Source: Octopus sinensis
Lineage: Eukaryota
Assembly: GCF_006345805.1 (NCBI RefSeq)
Contig: NC_043021.1
Span: forward strand, 4,278,001-4,342,000
Direction of reading: 5' to 3'
Length of the DNA: 64,000 bases
Position numbers and translations under genes: made by a program
Shown: positions 13,786 to 25,660 of the stretch, piece after piece
How positions within the stretch are numbered: position 1 is the first letter of the stretch
Layout: every line of letters starts with the position of its first letter
The notes under the pieces: generated by a model
Databases searched by the model: none
Told to the model about the DNA's origin: nothing
Seen by the model: only the letters and a program-made list of their open reading frames with translations

Positions 13786-15683
13786 TTGAATATGAAGCTA
13801 ATAAAGATCATAAAATAATCGTTTATTCCTTCGTCATCTCTTTTTCTTATTACCGCTCTATACTTGACTAATGCTTTGTTCAGAAGTGTATGTATATTGA
13901 GTTCTACACCAGGTTCTTAGCTTCAGAATGCCTAAGTGAAATACATGTATACATATATGTATTGTATAAATTGTCTGTAGACCTTGAGAGCTTGGGATCG
14001 ACTTGAAAACATTGTCGAGATTGATAAATTGATAAACAAATGAAAGATAAAGCTGTTTGTTCTTTGCCAATTATTTATTTGGCAGTTTTCTCGGCAGAAA
14101 AGGAATGAAAGAATTCGCTGACAATGTCTTTATCATATCAAACTGAACAACAATATCTTGCCTCGTCTATATTACATCTCTTTCTGTCCCTTTCATGAAA
14201 AGCTCCATTGATTTCAGATCCTTTATAATTTACGGCATGGTCTTTCAGCAGGCCATGATGATGTTAATAACGATGCTTATGGTGGAGGTGGTGAAGGTGG
14301 GATGGTGATCAGCATGGTGGCAGTGGTGGTTCCAAACTCCATCAACAGTAATAAGACGTCCTTGTGCAATCTAATTAATTGGCTAAGAGATTAAAGTGAA
14401 AACAAACATCTGATATCTTTTATCTTTTACTTGTTAGTCATTAGACTGTGGCCATGCTGGGGCACTGCCTTGAATGGTTTTAGTCAAACAAGTCAACCTC
14501 AGGACTTATGATTTTTTTTTTTAGTATGGTACTTGTTCTATTGGTCTCTTTTTCAGAACCAAGTTATGGGGATATAAACAAACCAACAGCAATTGCCAAG
14601 CAATGTAGTGGGGGACAAATACAGACACAAACGTACACACACAAAAATACACATATACAACAGGCTTCCATTGACTGCTGCCCAGTGGGATTGAACCCAA
14701 CACCACAAGGCTGCAAAGCAAGCTTCTTAATCACATAAGCAATGCCTGCCAGCAGTTGTTGCTTATCCCCAGAACAGACCTACAATCCCTAGCATTCCAG
14801 TTATGACCATCCTGTCAGTAGACCTAGAAGTATATAGGAACATCATCATCTAAAGTGTCGTTTTCTTAATTAAAATACTTGTGTTTGAAGAGAGATTTGA
14901 CTGCTATTTCTAGCTTGTCAATTTACAGTAAAGAGGTTTTGTGAATGGTCTGTGGCATTGTAAACCTTCATGTCAGTTAAGATGTTTCCAAGAGACAATC
15001 TAGTGTTGTCTGTCCCCTTCAAGAAAATGATTTCGAAATGTATTCATTGTCACAGATCATCATCATCATCATTTAACATCTGTTTTTCCATGCTGGCATG
15101 GGTTGGATGTTTTGACAGGGTCTGGTAAGTTCCAGGGCCAGTGTCAGCTTTGGTGAGGTTTCTATGGTTGGATACCCTTCCTTAATGCCAATCGTTTACA
15201 GTGTGGATTGGGTGCATTTTTTATGTCAGAGGCTGTCGAGTAACTTGCAAGACAAAAACAGAACAAATAAAAAGGAAAGGAAATAGGGGAAAAAATCTCC
15301 CCACCCCAGGGGGGGGGGATTTGAAGGAGGATGGTTGTTTCATGCCAAGGAACAAGCACAGGTGTCTTGCTATAAAAGAGATACATGACTACCCTGCATC
15401 ATATAAGGGTGGGCAAGAGGATATTAATACTATAAACATACAGTTACTTCATATATTAGTATGATACAGCTTGGTCAAAGTTCTCTTTGCAGTCAGACAG
15501 TCTAGGTTCAATCTCAATTTTGTCCTATGTAATAGGACAAAATTAATAGTATTTATTCTCCACCGAAGCAAGGCTCGATAACCTCACTACCTCCTCCTAG
15601 TCAAAAAAAAAAAAAAAAAAAAATTCGGAGGGGTCTCTAATAAACCAGCCTGTGGCACCTTCCGCAAATATCTTTCACCATTG

Positions 15684-16035
15684 TGTTAAGCTGACCCAAG
15701 ATCTGAAAGTGAAACTGGGGCGACAGAAATAGTGGCTGGATTGTACTTGCAATTCAAAGGCCTGGGTCTGACTAGCTGAGTGAGGCTAAGCAGCAACAGC
15801 AGAATTGAGCAGAAAACAATGAAGAACTGAGCAGAGAAAAAAACGGTAGAATATTGAGCAGAAAATCGCAACAGCAGAACTGTGCAGAGCAACAACAGCA
15901 GAACTGCACATGGCTACATACAGCTTTACAATAGAGATGAGCACAGTTATACACCAATAATCCAGCCACATGCATTTTATAAGCAAAGCTCTGCTATACT
16001 CGCATGTTATAATAAAACATATATAATATATAACA
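15684..16035 (+). mobile_element. Possible solo LTR
   Basis: TG...CA ends, AATAAA at 16011, degenerate gcagaa repeats inside; no TSD found. Confidence 0.3.
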
Positions 16036-18760
16036 AAGCATACGTACAATGAAATATTGAATATATATACAACTACATGTGAGATACCACTCAATAGAAA
16101 AAAAAAGTGTTCCATAACTATCTACACATTTTATTGATCCAGTTCAGTCGATAAAAAGCCCAAGCGATAAAATTTTGATAATGAAAGTAGCCAGGGTTTA
16201 TGCTTCAGTGAGATGAAAAGACTTAATCAGAAGTCAAAAGAATAAGTGTAAAAACACAGCACATAAGTAAAAAAAAAGAAAACACATTGAAAGTATTCTT
16301 ACTACCGACAGACCAAAACAGCCTCAACATGAGACCATTATAAAGAACAGAATGTCTATTAAATGAAGAAAGAATGAAGAACTGCAACATGCTGCTATTA
16401 TTTATATATAAAATGTCAAAATTGAATAATTCATAACAATGAGAGAGAGAAATAATAAACCTACCTAACTACCAACAGACAAAAACTAACATCAACACAA
16501 GCCAATAAGGGAGGTGCTATGCGGTCTCTCAGCCTGCTAGAAATAGCAGCCAAACTTTTCAGAAATTATATTTGTTTTATATAAAGACCAAACACATTAG
16601 AAGATAGTATGGTCTGACATAATATGAAGGGTGGTAGACTGACAGAATGGGTAGTACATCAGACAGAATACCTTTACCTTCTGAGTTCCGATTCTGTCAA
16701 GAATTTTGCTTTTCAGCCTTCAGGGATCAATAAAATAAAATACCAGCAATAATAGAGTACTGAGGTTGATGCTATTGACTAACCTTCTCTCCTCAAAACT
16801 TTTGCTCATTGCCTAAATTACAAGTCTGAATGTTGAAGTCCCACAACACCTTAATGTGGAAAAGGATAGCTACTGGATTTGGTTAAAAAGAGATGATAAG
16901 CAATGGCTAGAAGAATATTGAGCTATATTTAATAACCAGTTGATCTAGCGAGAAGGGCCTCATATCAGTGATGGGGGGGGGGCAGTACGCATTGATGCTG
17001 TTGAGAGGTAAGCCCTGAAATGGCGTGCATTCTCTCTTGATGACCCTCACACACTTGTTGGCTTCCAGTATGCGGGGTTCTCAACTGGTACCACTTGCAC
17101 ATGCAAGTTGTTTGCAAAACATGTATGTATGTATGTCTATGTGTCTTTGTATCCTCCACCACCACTTAACAACTGGTGTTGGTATGTTTATGTCCCTGTA
17201 ACTTACCAGTTTGGTGAAAGAGTCCAATAAAATCAGTACCAGGTTTTAAAAAATAAAAAAAGTACTAAAGTCAATTCATTCAACTAAAGGCTTCAAGGTG
17301 GTTCCCCAGCATGGCCACAGTCTAATGACTGAAACAAGATGATAAAAAGACACCATAAAATTAAGAGACTTTACCATGTTTTCTTACACAGAGATTCAAG
17401 GCCAGGAATTTAGGAGAAGAAAAAAAAACCCATCGATTATATTGACCCCCCCCCACCACCAGTACTAAACTAGTACTTATTTCATCAAACCTGGAAGAAC
17501 GGAATACAAAATCAATTCGGGTAGGATTGAACTCGTATCATAAAGAATGGTAACTAAATATTGCACAGCATTTTCTTTTGCTCTCTCAAAATTCTGATAA
17601 TTTTCTGTCCTTAATAAAGTCAGAAATGTTATTGATTGACTCTACTCATTATGATATCTTTTAAGTTTTAATTGCCAGAACAATTAGCTTTATATCTGAA
17701 TATTAAGTTATGTTTTATAAAATCATCTAATTCTTAATTGCATCTCTAATTAGTTGGACAATTAAAAACAATGTTTTTTTTTAGCAGAAGAAAAAAAGAG
17801 AAACTGAAACATCATCATCATTATCATCATCATTTAATGTCTGTCCTCCATGCTGACATGGGTTAGAGGAGTTGACAGCAGCTGGTGAACTAGAAAACTG
17901 CACTCGGCTTCACTGTCTGTTTTGGCATGGCTTTCATGGCTGGATGCCCTTCCTAACGCCCACCACCCATCAGAGTGGACTCCTTACAGAAGACACCATA
18001 AATTATTTGTGTGCATGTGTGTATGTGTCTGGGAGAGTGAAGTGTGTGTGAGTGAGTGAGGTGAAAGAGAGAAAGAGAAAAAGAGAGTGTGACAGTGGGG
18101 GGGTAGATTGTGTGTGTGTGTGTATTGTAGTTAATAGTTTCAGTCTTTCGTCTATGTATGCACACACTTGGACACCTCATCAGAGCCCTATCCTGGAGGC
18201 ACCTGGTGCTTCAGGTATTACAACATGCACCCACACAGGTGCAACCACCCACCACACCAAGGTTGATTGAGTCAGTTTGATTAGCAGGTTAAAATATCTT
18301 TTACTTTTTACTTGTTTCAGTCATTGGACTGTGGCCATGCTGGAGCACTGTCATAATGAGTTTAATTGAAGAAATCAACCCCAGTACCTATCTTTTTAGA
18401 GCCTGGTATTTATTCTATCAGTCTCTTTTGCCAAAGTACTAGGTTACAGGAATGTAAACAAACCAACACTGGTTGTCAAACACTTCTTTCAGTCTCCACT
18501 TACCAGATCCACTCATAAGACATTGGTCAGCCCAGGGGCAATAATAAAAGATACTTACCCAAGGTGCCACACAATGAGACTGAACCCAAGGCCATAGGGT
18601 TGAGAAGAAAGCCTCTCAACTACACAGCCTCACATAAAGCTGTGTGGTAAGAAGCTAGACCAGACTTGTCTATTTTGTAGGCATCATCAGTAGTGACTAC
18701 TCAAATGCTTGAGATATATATATACATACACACACACACTTCAATTATATCTCGTGTATT

Positions 18761-18819
18761 TGCCGCTGAAGAGGGGAAAATTTCTTATGAATTAACCCCA
18801 AAATTGGACCAATACGGTA
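18761..18819 (+). ncRNA. Hammerhead-like motif with G12A core change
   Basis: TGCCG-CTGAAGA-GGGG-loop-CCCC-AAAA-TTGG-A-CCAA-TA-CGGTA. Stems I, II and III all pair; GAAA reads AAAA. Confidence 0.6.
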
Positions 18820-19214
18820 ATAACGAATTTTTTAGAGATTTCTATCGGTTTGTTTCGAGACGCATAAATTATGATGGTTATCGACAAAAAATTTTTTGTT
18901 TCGGCATATTTGGCATTAGAATTTTTCTTCTGCCCTTATCTTGTAAATTATGTATATATATACATATATATATATATATATGTAAATATATATGGTGGTG
19001 GGCAGTTACTGTCTCCTTGCATGATAGCTGTAAATCAGTGTCATTGTCTTACAAGTGGTGTCCCGAGTGAAATATACCTGACTATGGGGAAATATTACCT
19101 TACTTGGAAACCGGTGAGGGTTGGCAGCAGAGAGGGCATCAAGCCCATAGAAAATCTGCCTCAACAAATTCCATCCGATCCATGCCAGCAAGGAAAAGTG
19201 GACCCTAAAACAAT

Positions 19215-19500
19215 GATGATGACGAATGTGACGGCGATGATGATGACTACAAATACAATGATGATGATGATAATGACAAATATGATGGTGATGACGATAA
19301 TAATAAATATGATGGTGATGACGATAATGATGAATATGATGATGACGATAATGACGAATATGATGGTGATGACGATAATGACAAATATGATGGTGATGAC
19401 GATAATAACAAATATGATGGTGATGACGATAATAATGAATATGATGGTGATGACGATAATGACAAATATGATGGTGATGACGATAATGATGAATATGTAA
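19215..19500 (+). repeat. 27-bp minisatellite grown from a retroposon (GAT)n tail
   Basis: tatgatggtgatgacgataatgacaaa-type units at 19281, 19308, 19335, 19359, 19386, 19413, 19440, 19467. Confidence 0.9.
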
Positions 19501-20403
19501 ACTCTAGTACGATTAAAACCTGGCTACCCCTTCCCCTACTCGATCAACAATTTCAGGTTAATATTTAAGCCATGTCACTATCCAGCCACAATAAAACTTG
19601 ATCTGTTGACAAGTTGGAATTCCTCAAGACCACATTTTTTCTTTTTGGCTTTCTTATGTATGTATTTACGTATTTTTTTCCCCCTTTCTGACTCTTGTAC
19701 GCTCTGCCTTCCCTCGTAACAGTAACATTTTACTAAGCTGAGCACTGACTGCAGTTTTGTTCTAGATGCCAGTGTTATTCCATAAGCAGCTTAGAGCAGT
19801 AGCGAGCGCAGACAATTGCTGTTGAGATTAACCTATATCTTTATCTATATTTGACCACACTTACAAACAAACAGCAGAAGCAGAAGCATTGTAAGAGAAA
19901 AGTTTGACCTTTTTGTTTCCATTTTTTATTTAGATAACTAGGTAAATGAGAGTTGGGTTTCTTGATCACAAAAATAATATTGACAAGTTATTTATTGATT
20001 TCTTTTCATCAATATCAGTGCAGCTATGGCTGTGTGGTAAGAAATTTGCTTACCAACCGCAAGGTTTTAGGTTTTGTCCCTCTACGTGGAACTTTAGGAA
20101 GTGTCTCCCTGTATAGACATCATGTTGACCAAAGCCCTTTGAGTGGATTTGGTAGATAGAAACTGAAAGAAGCATGTCGCATGTGTGTGTGTGTGTGTAT
20201 GTGTAACTATGTATATGTGTGTGTGTGTGTGTAACTATGTATATGTATGTGTGTATGTTCCTTGTTGTCGTGTTCATCCTCCACCATTGCTTAAGAACTC
20301 CTCTTGTTGATTTCATTATGTCTATAACTTAGAGGTTCAACAGAAGAGACCAATAGAATGTGCACTAGACTTTACAAACAAAATGTAGGCACTGGGGTCA
20401 CTT

Positions 20404-20665
20404 TGTTCAATTAAACCCTTCTGGACAGTGCTGACAATAGACTCCATCAACTGCCAGTGGGGTAAGCTAGAGATAGTAGATAGCTTCCATTATCTAAATG
20501 ACCAAGTTAATAGCAGAGATGGATGCTCTGAGAGCATAGCTGTGAGAATAAGATTAGGTTGGGCAAAGTTCAGAGAGCTCCTACCTCTGCTGATAACAAA
20601 GGGCCTCTCTCTCCTGAGTGAAAGGCAGATTGTATGATGCCTGTGTACAAACAGCTATGCTACTG
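20404..20665 (+). mobile_element. RTE-clade LINE reverse-transcriptase fragment
   Basis: KLEIVDSFHYLNDQVNSRDGCSESIAVRIRLGWAKFRELLPLL matches the RTE post-RT pattern F.YLG.......I..RI..GW.KFREL. Confidence 0.8.
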
Positions 20666-20877
20666 GGAAGCAGGCAAGGACTAGCATCCAGCCATAGAAA
20701 AATCTGCTTCAACAAATTCTATTTGATCCGTGCAAGCATGGAACACTGGACATTAAAGTGGCAAGGAGAATGGTGAAACTCATTTTCACAATTTCATCTC
20801 TCAACTAAAAAATGAATCTATCTAATTAATCCTTTAGCATTCAAATTATTCTATCAAATGAAATTCTTATTTATTCA

Positions 20878-21125
20878 CCTTGGCTGGCTTCCGTGCCGGT
20901 GGCATGTTAAAAGCACCATCCGATCGTGGCCGATGTCAGACCTCCCTGGCACCACGTAAAAAGCACCCACTACACTCGCGGAGTGGTTGGCATTAGGAAG
21001 GGCATCCAGCTGTAGAAACACTGCCAGATCAGACTGGAGCCTGGTGCAGCCCTGGCTTCCCAGACCCCGGTCGAACCGTCCAACCTGTGCTAGCACGGAA
21101 AACGGACGTTAAACGATGATGATGA
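20878..21125 (+). mobile_element. SINE family B
   Basis: ggcattaggaagggcatccagctgtagaaacac...ccgtccaacctgtgctagcacggaaaacggacgttaaacgatgatg. Confidence 0.85.
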
Positions 21126-21683
21126 TTGTTTTGAATTAATTATGCATTATCTTGTGGCTTTGAGATTTTGATGATGTGATCATTTACTTTCTAGAATAAC
21201 ATTGTAGGGCAGATGTGAGAAGCCAGATCTGGTTAGTTTGAACATAAAACATTTAGAATACTTGGGTCAGGTATGGCTAGTTTGAATGCTGATCAGTTAA
21301 TTCTATGGAATTGAGTAAATTTATGTTTTAAACTACAAACTTTTAAAACACCGAATATAGCTCACAGACCCCCACTACTATTATTGTGGACCCTCAGAGG
21401 TTCTGTAAACTCCATTATAGTAATATAATATATAATATAATATAATATAATATATAAGGTGAATCAATTGTTACCATGTCCAGTTACTGGCTGGGTGGTT
21501 AATTTCATTTAGCCCTTTAGCATTTAGACAGGCCAAATCTGGCCAAAAATATATCTGTTTTATGTACAACTGGCCAGATTTAGCCTCTGATACCAACGCA
21601 ATATTATTCTGAAAATTAACAGTTAACTCATCAAAATCTCACAACTACAAGATAATACATAATTAATTCAAAACAATGTGGAT

Positions 21684-21884
21684 CAGTGCTTTTCAACATT
21701 TTTGCTGGAGCGGAACCCCAAGGAAACATTCCACTGACTCGAGGAACCCCTGTGCAATAATTTAATAGACTTATGTACACATATCTGCACAGGAGAATTA
21801 AGAATTACTGTCGATTTTAGCAGTTTTCTAACTTCTTGCGGAACCCCTGGACTGTACTGGCGGAACCCTGGTTGAAAACCACTG
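21684..21884. mobile_element. hAT-like MITE, copy 1 (201 bp)
   Basis: TIR cagtgcttttcaac / gttgaaaaccactg. Confidence 0.85.
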
Positions 21885-21932
21885 ACATACATACATATAT
21901 ACATACATACATACATAAATAAATACATACAT

Positions 21933-22133
21933 CAGTGCTTTTCAAACTTTTTGCTGGAGTGGAACCCCAAGGAAACATTCCACTGACTCGAGGAACCCCT
22001 GTGCAATAATTTAATAGACTTATGTACACATATCTGCACAGGAGAATTAAGAATTACTGTCGATTTTAGCAGTTTTGTAACTTCTTGCGGAACCCCTGGA
22101 CTGTACTGGCGGAACCCTGGTTGAAAACCACTG
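21933..22133. mobile_element. hAT-like MITE, copy 2 (201 bp), tandem to copy 1
   Basis: Near-identical to 21684-21884. Confidence 0.85.
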
Positions 22134-22624
22134 ACGTGGGTAAATAAGATTTTCTTTTGATAGAATAAGGTGAATATGAAAGGGTTAAATTTGAACCTGT
22201 GATTTTAGGCTGTCACTAAGAGAAGGGGAAATACGAAGAGAGTGAGTGAGTGGGAGAGAGAGAGAGAGAGAGAGACTTATTCTGGTCAAGTTGTTTTGAT
22301 ACTCTATCCTATACCAGCAGTGACCCAATGAGCTGTTCAGGGTCATGGTACAGGTTTCCATAGCATAAAATCTATAGTTTCAGCAAAAGAAGTTAATTAT
22401 TAACATCCTTGTTTTCAAATGAATGGAGTGAATGAAAGATCTGTGTATGCAGAAAAGAGATGCAAAGAATACACAATGCCGTGTAACACAATACGACTGT
22501 CACGCACCTACCTGAACTGAACTAATTATTGATAAATACGAAGTAATTAGATAACTTTAATACCCTGTTGTGAAAGTGTTTATTGTCTCATTTTCCCCCC
22601 TCATGTCTTTGTATTTTATCTTTT

Positions 22625-22931
22625 ACTAGCAGTATCGCCCGGCGTTGCTCGGGTTTGTAAGGGAAATAACTATATAAGCATTTTTAGAGAGTTACTTCCC
22701 TTATATAATAGCAAAAAAAATGCATTAAAAATGGGAAAAAATGATGGTAAATTTTTTTTTTAAATCGTAGACCCATCGTAGACACGCGCTAATACCCAGA
22801 AGGGCTCGATATGAATCACGACTATAAGATACCCGCTTTTGGTTAAACTGCACCGCAAAATGTGGGAGTAGTTAGGAATCTAAATCGTAGGAGACAGACA
22901 CTCACACAACTTCACTTTTATATATAAAGAT
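22625..22931 (+). mobile_element. Non-autonomous Helitron/Helentron-like element
   Basis: Starts actagcagtatcgcccggcgttgctcggg (5' hairpin), ends cacttttatatataaagat, no TSD; architecture like Lep1/DINE-type elements. Confidence 0.65.
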
Positions 22932-23235
22932 TTGATTCAGTCATTCGACTGTGGCCATGCTGGAGTACTGGCATGAAAGGCTTGGTTGAATGAATCAACC
23001 TCGGTATTTTTAAATCTGGTATTTATTCTATTGGTCTCTTTTGCCAAACTGCTAAGTTACGGAGTGTTGTGCAAGAGTAGGCTGCCCCCTAGCATGAATG
23101 GACAGAAATATCAACAAACAGAAATATATCAGCAGCAGGTGAAAAAAAAAGTCAAGTGAGATTGGTTTCTAAGAAACCATGGAACTGACTAACAAAAGAG
23201 ACTGATAGATTAAATACCAGGTTTAAAAATAAGTA

Positions 23236-23628
23236 CTGGTGTTACCATCCGAATCGTGGCCGATGCCAGCACCGCCTTGACTGGCTTCCGTGCCGGTGGC
23301 ATGTAAAATGCACCAATCCAATCGTGGCACATAAAAAGCACCATCCGATCGTGGCCGTTGCCAGCCTCACCTGGCACCTGTGCTGGTGACACATAAAAAG
23401 TACCATCCGATCGTGACCGTTGCCAGCCTCGCCTGGCACCTGTGCCGGTGGCACATAAAAAGCACCCACTACACTCACGGAGTGGTTGGCATTAGGAAGG
23501 GCATCCAGCTGTAGAAACATTGCCAGATCAGACTGGAGCCTGGTGCAGCCTTCTGGCTTCCCAGATCCCCAGTCGAACCATCTAACCCATGCTAGCATGG
23601 AGAACGGACGTTAAACGATGATGATGAT
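23236..23628 (+). mobile_element. SINE family B with ~3 internal repeat units
   Basis: Same body and (GAT)n tail; repeated accatccgatcgtggccgttgccagc units. Confidence 0.85.
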
Positions 23629-24309
23629 GAAACCCTTCAAGGCAATGTCCCAACATGAACCCCAGTCCAATGGCTGAAACATGTAAAACGATAATGTTCT
23701 TTATATTCCAAGTTCAAATCCCAGAGTCAACACCACTTTTCATTCTTCTCGGGTTGATAAAATGAAATAGCAGTAAACTATTGGAGTTCACTAACTGTAG
23801 TCCTGCCCCAATATATTTCTGATCATATGCCAATGTCAGAAATCAATAATTGCTTTTGTGTTGCAAGAGATACACAAGCAAATATTTAACAGAACTAATT
23901 AACAATGGATGTGTAAAGCCAATTTTTTGGCCTCACAGTTTTCACAACCGATTTTTCTTGTATCCAACACACTTTGCAAATCTGTAGCTCTGTTATGAAA
24001 CAAAATATAAGTTTTCTGGTATGAAATTGGTTTAACTAAAAATAAAAAGTAATTACTATCACTGCCCACAACGAGCATCAGAAGCAGTATTAGTTCAAAA
24101 TAGTAAACTGGGTATTACACTGTAAAGAGATACCTTGTTGAAAGCCTAATAAACTGCAATATTCACCTCAAGATAGAATCTCTTACAGATGTATAATATC
24201 AACAAACAAAAATATATCAGCAGCAGGTGAAAATTGCATGACTGATATATTTCTGCAGTTTTTAATACTATGCATCTTTAAACACACCTCCCCCATCAAC
24301 TTCTTTATG

Positions 24310-24860
24310 TGGACCTGGCCTCAGGCACCAGGCCATGTGGAACCCCCAGATTCTGTTTCCAAGACCAGCTCAAGGCCACTCTCCTTGGCTGCCCCACTGA
24401 CCCAAATACCTGGGAGACAATCACCAAGAACCACTCAAAGTGGCAGCATGTCATCATCAAGAAAGTGGACCAGATGGAAAATAATAGACATGAAGAGGCA
24501 AAGATCGGACATCAAAGAGGCAAAGATCAGACATCAAAGAGGCAACGATCAGACATCAAAGAGGCAAAGATCAGACATCAAAGAGGCAAAGATCAGACAT
24601 CAAAGAGGCAAAGATCAGACATCAAAGAGGCAAAGATCAGACATCAAAGAGGCAAAGATCAAACATTGAAGATTAAAAGAGTAACTCACACTTTATCATC
24701 CCCTGCCAACCCTCCCCTATGATAAATACTTCTCGCTCTTCTATGCCAGCCTTTGCCTGAACATCCACCTCAGGCACCAGCACCCATCAAGACGAAAAGG
24801 CACAATCACTTGCTACAGATTAACTACTCAGGCACAAGTTAATGCCGACTATGATGACCT
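24310..24860 (+). mobile_element. RTE (BovB-like) LINE 3' end containing a 22-bp tandem expansion
   Basis: RFCFQDQLKATLLGCPTDPNTWETITKNHSKWQHVIIKKVDQMENNRHEEAKI resembles RTE C-terminus (R.KD.LKA.L....D...WE); ends gactatgatga. Confidence 0.7.
24493..24668 (+). repeat. 22-bp minisatellite x8 (aagaggcaaagatcagacatca)
   Basis: Unit starts at 24493, 24515, ... 24647. Confidence 0.95.
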
Positions 24861-25621
24861 TTAAAGAGATGCTATCTTGAGATGAATACAGCAGTTTATC
24901 AAGCTATCAACACTGTATCAGCTTTGAGTATCATAAACAGATTACTAATAATATATTTGAATAATATGCAATTTCTCCCTCTCAATTTTTAAACTAAATA
25001 ATTAGAGGTATGTTTTATGCACAAGAAAAGAACTATCACCTCTTTTTTCCTATTCCCCCCTATGTGGCCATATTTGGAACGATGTGACCAAGAGTAAATT
25101 ATAATCACTGACCAAACTGACTGGCTTCTCTTTTCTTCATTATTGTTCATATTTACAAATGTTTTTCCATGCAGTGTAGGTTAGATCAATATTTCATTTT
25201 TGACAGAAAGCCAGCAGTTTTATGGGGAACAAATTAGCCGATTTCATCAGCTCAGTGCAACTCTGGTACTTATTTTTATAACCCTTTAAAAGGGTGAAAG
25301 GCAGAGCTGAGCTTAACAGTTTTTGAACTCAGAACATAGAGCTGCAAGAAATTTCATTAAGTATTTTGTCCAAAGCACTATTATTGAAGCATTATTTTAC
25401 TTCTGGATGCTCTTTCTGTTGCTAACACTTACTTGTTTCTTAAGCCAGAGATATCTTATTCCACATGTCTTCAAAGACACAAGGGCCAGTGGAGAAGCCA
25501 TTGACGGGAGACTTGACAGCAATAACAACATGCATAACTGAACAATGTTTGGTGATTCACAATGTGAAACCGCAAAGTCATGTACACACACATGCACAAC
25601 ATATATCTATCTATCTATCTA

Positions 25622-25660
<39 letters not shown>

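Noticed and set aside
18871-19500. 209-aa Met/Asn-rich ORF
   Set aside because: Composed of a hammerhead element, microsatellite, retroposon tail and the 27-bp minisatellite.
23900-23960. 45-nt minus-strand exon candidate (LQSVLDTRKIGCEN)
   Set aside because: Weak acceptor context and no recognisable homology; expected by chance.
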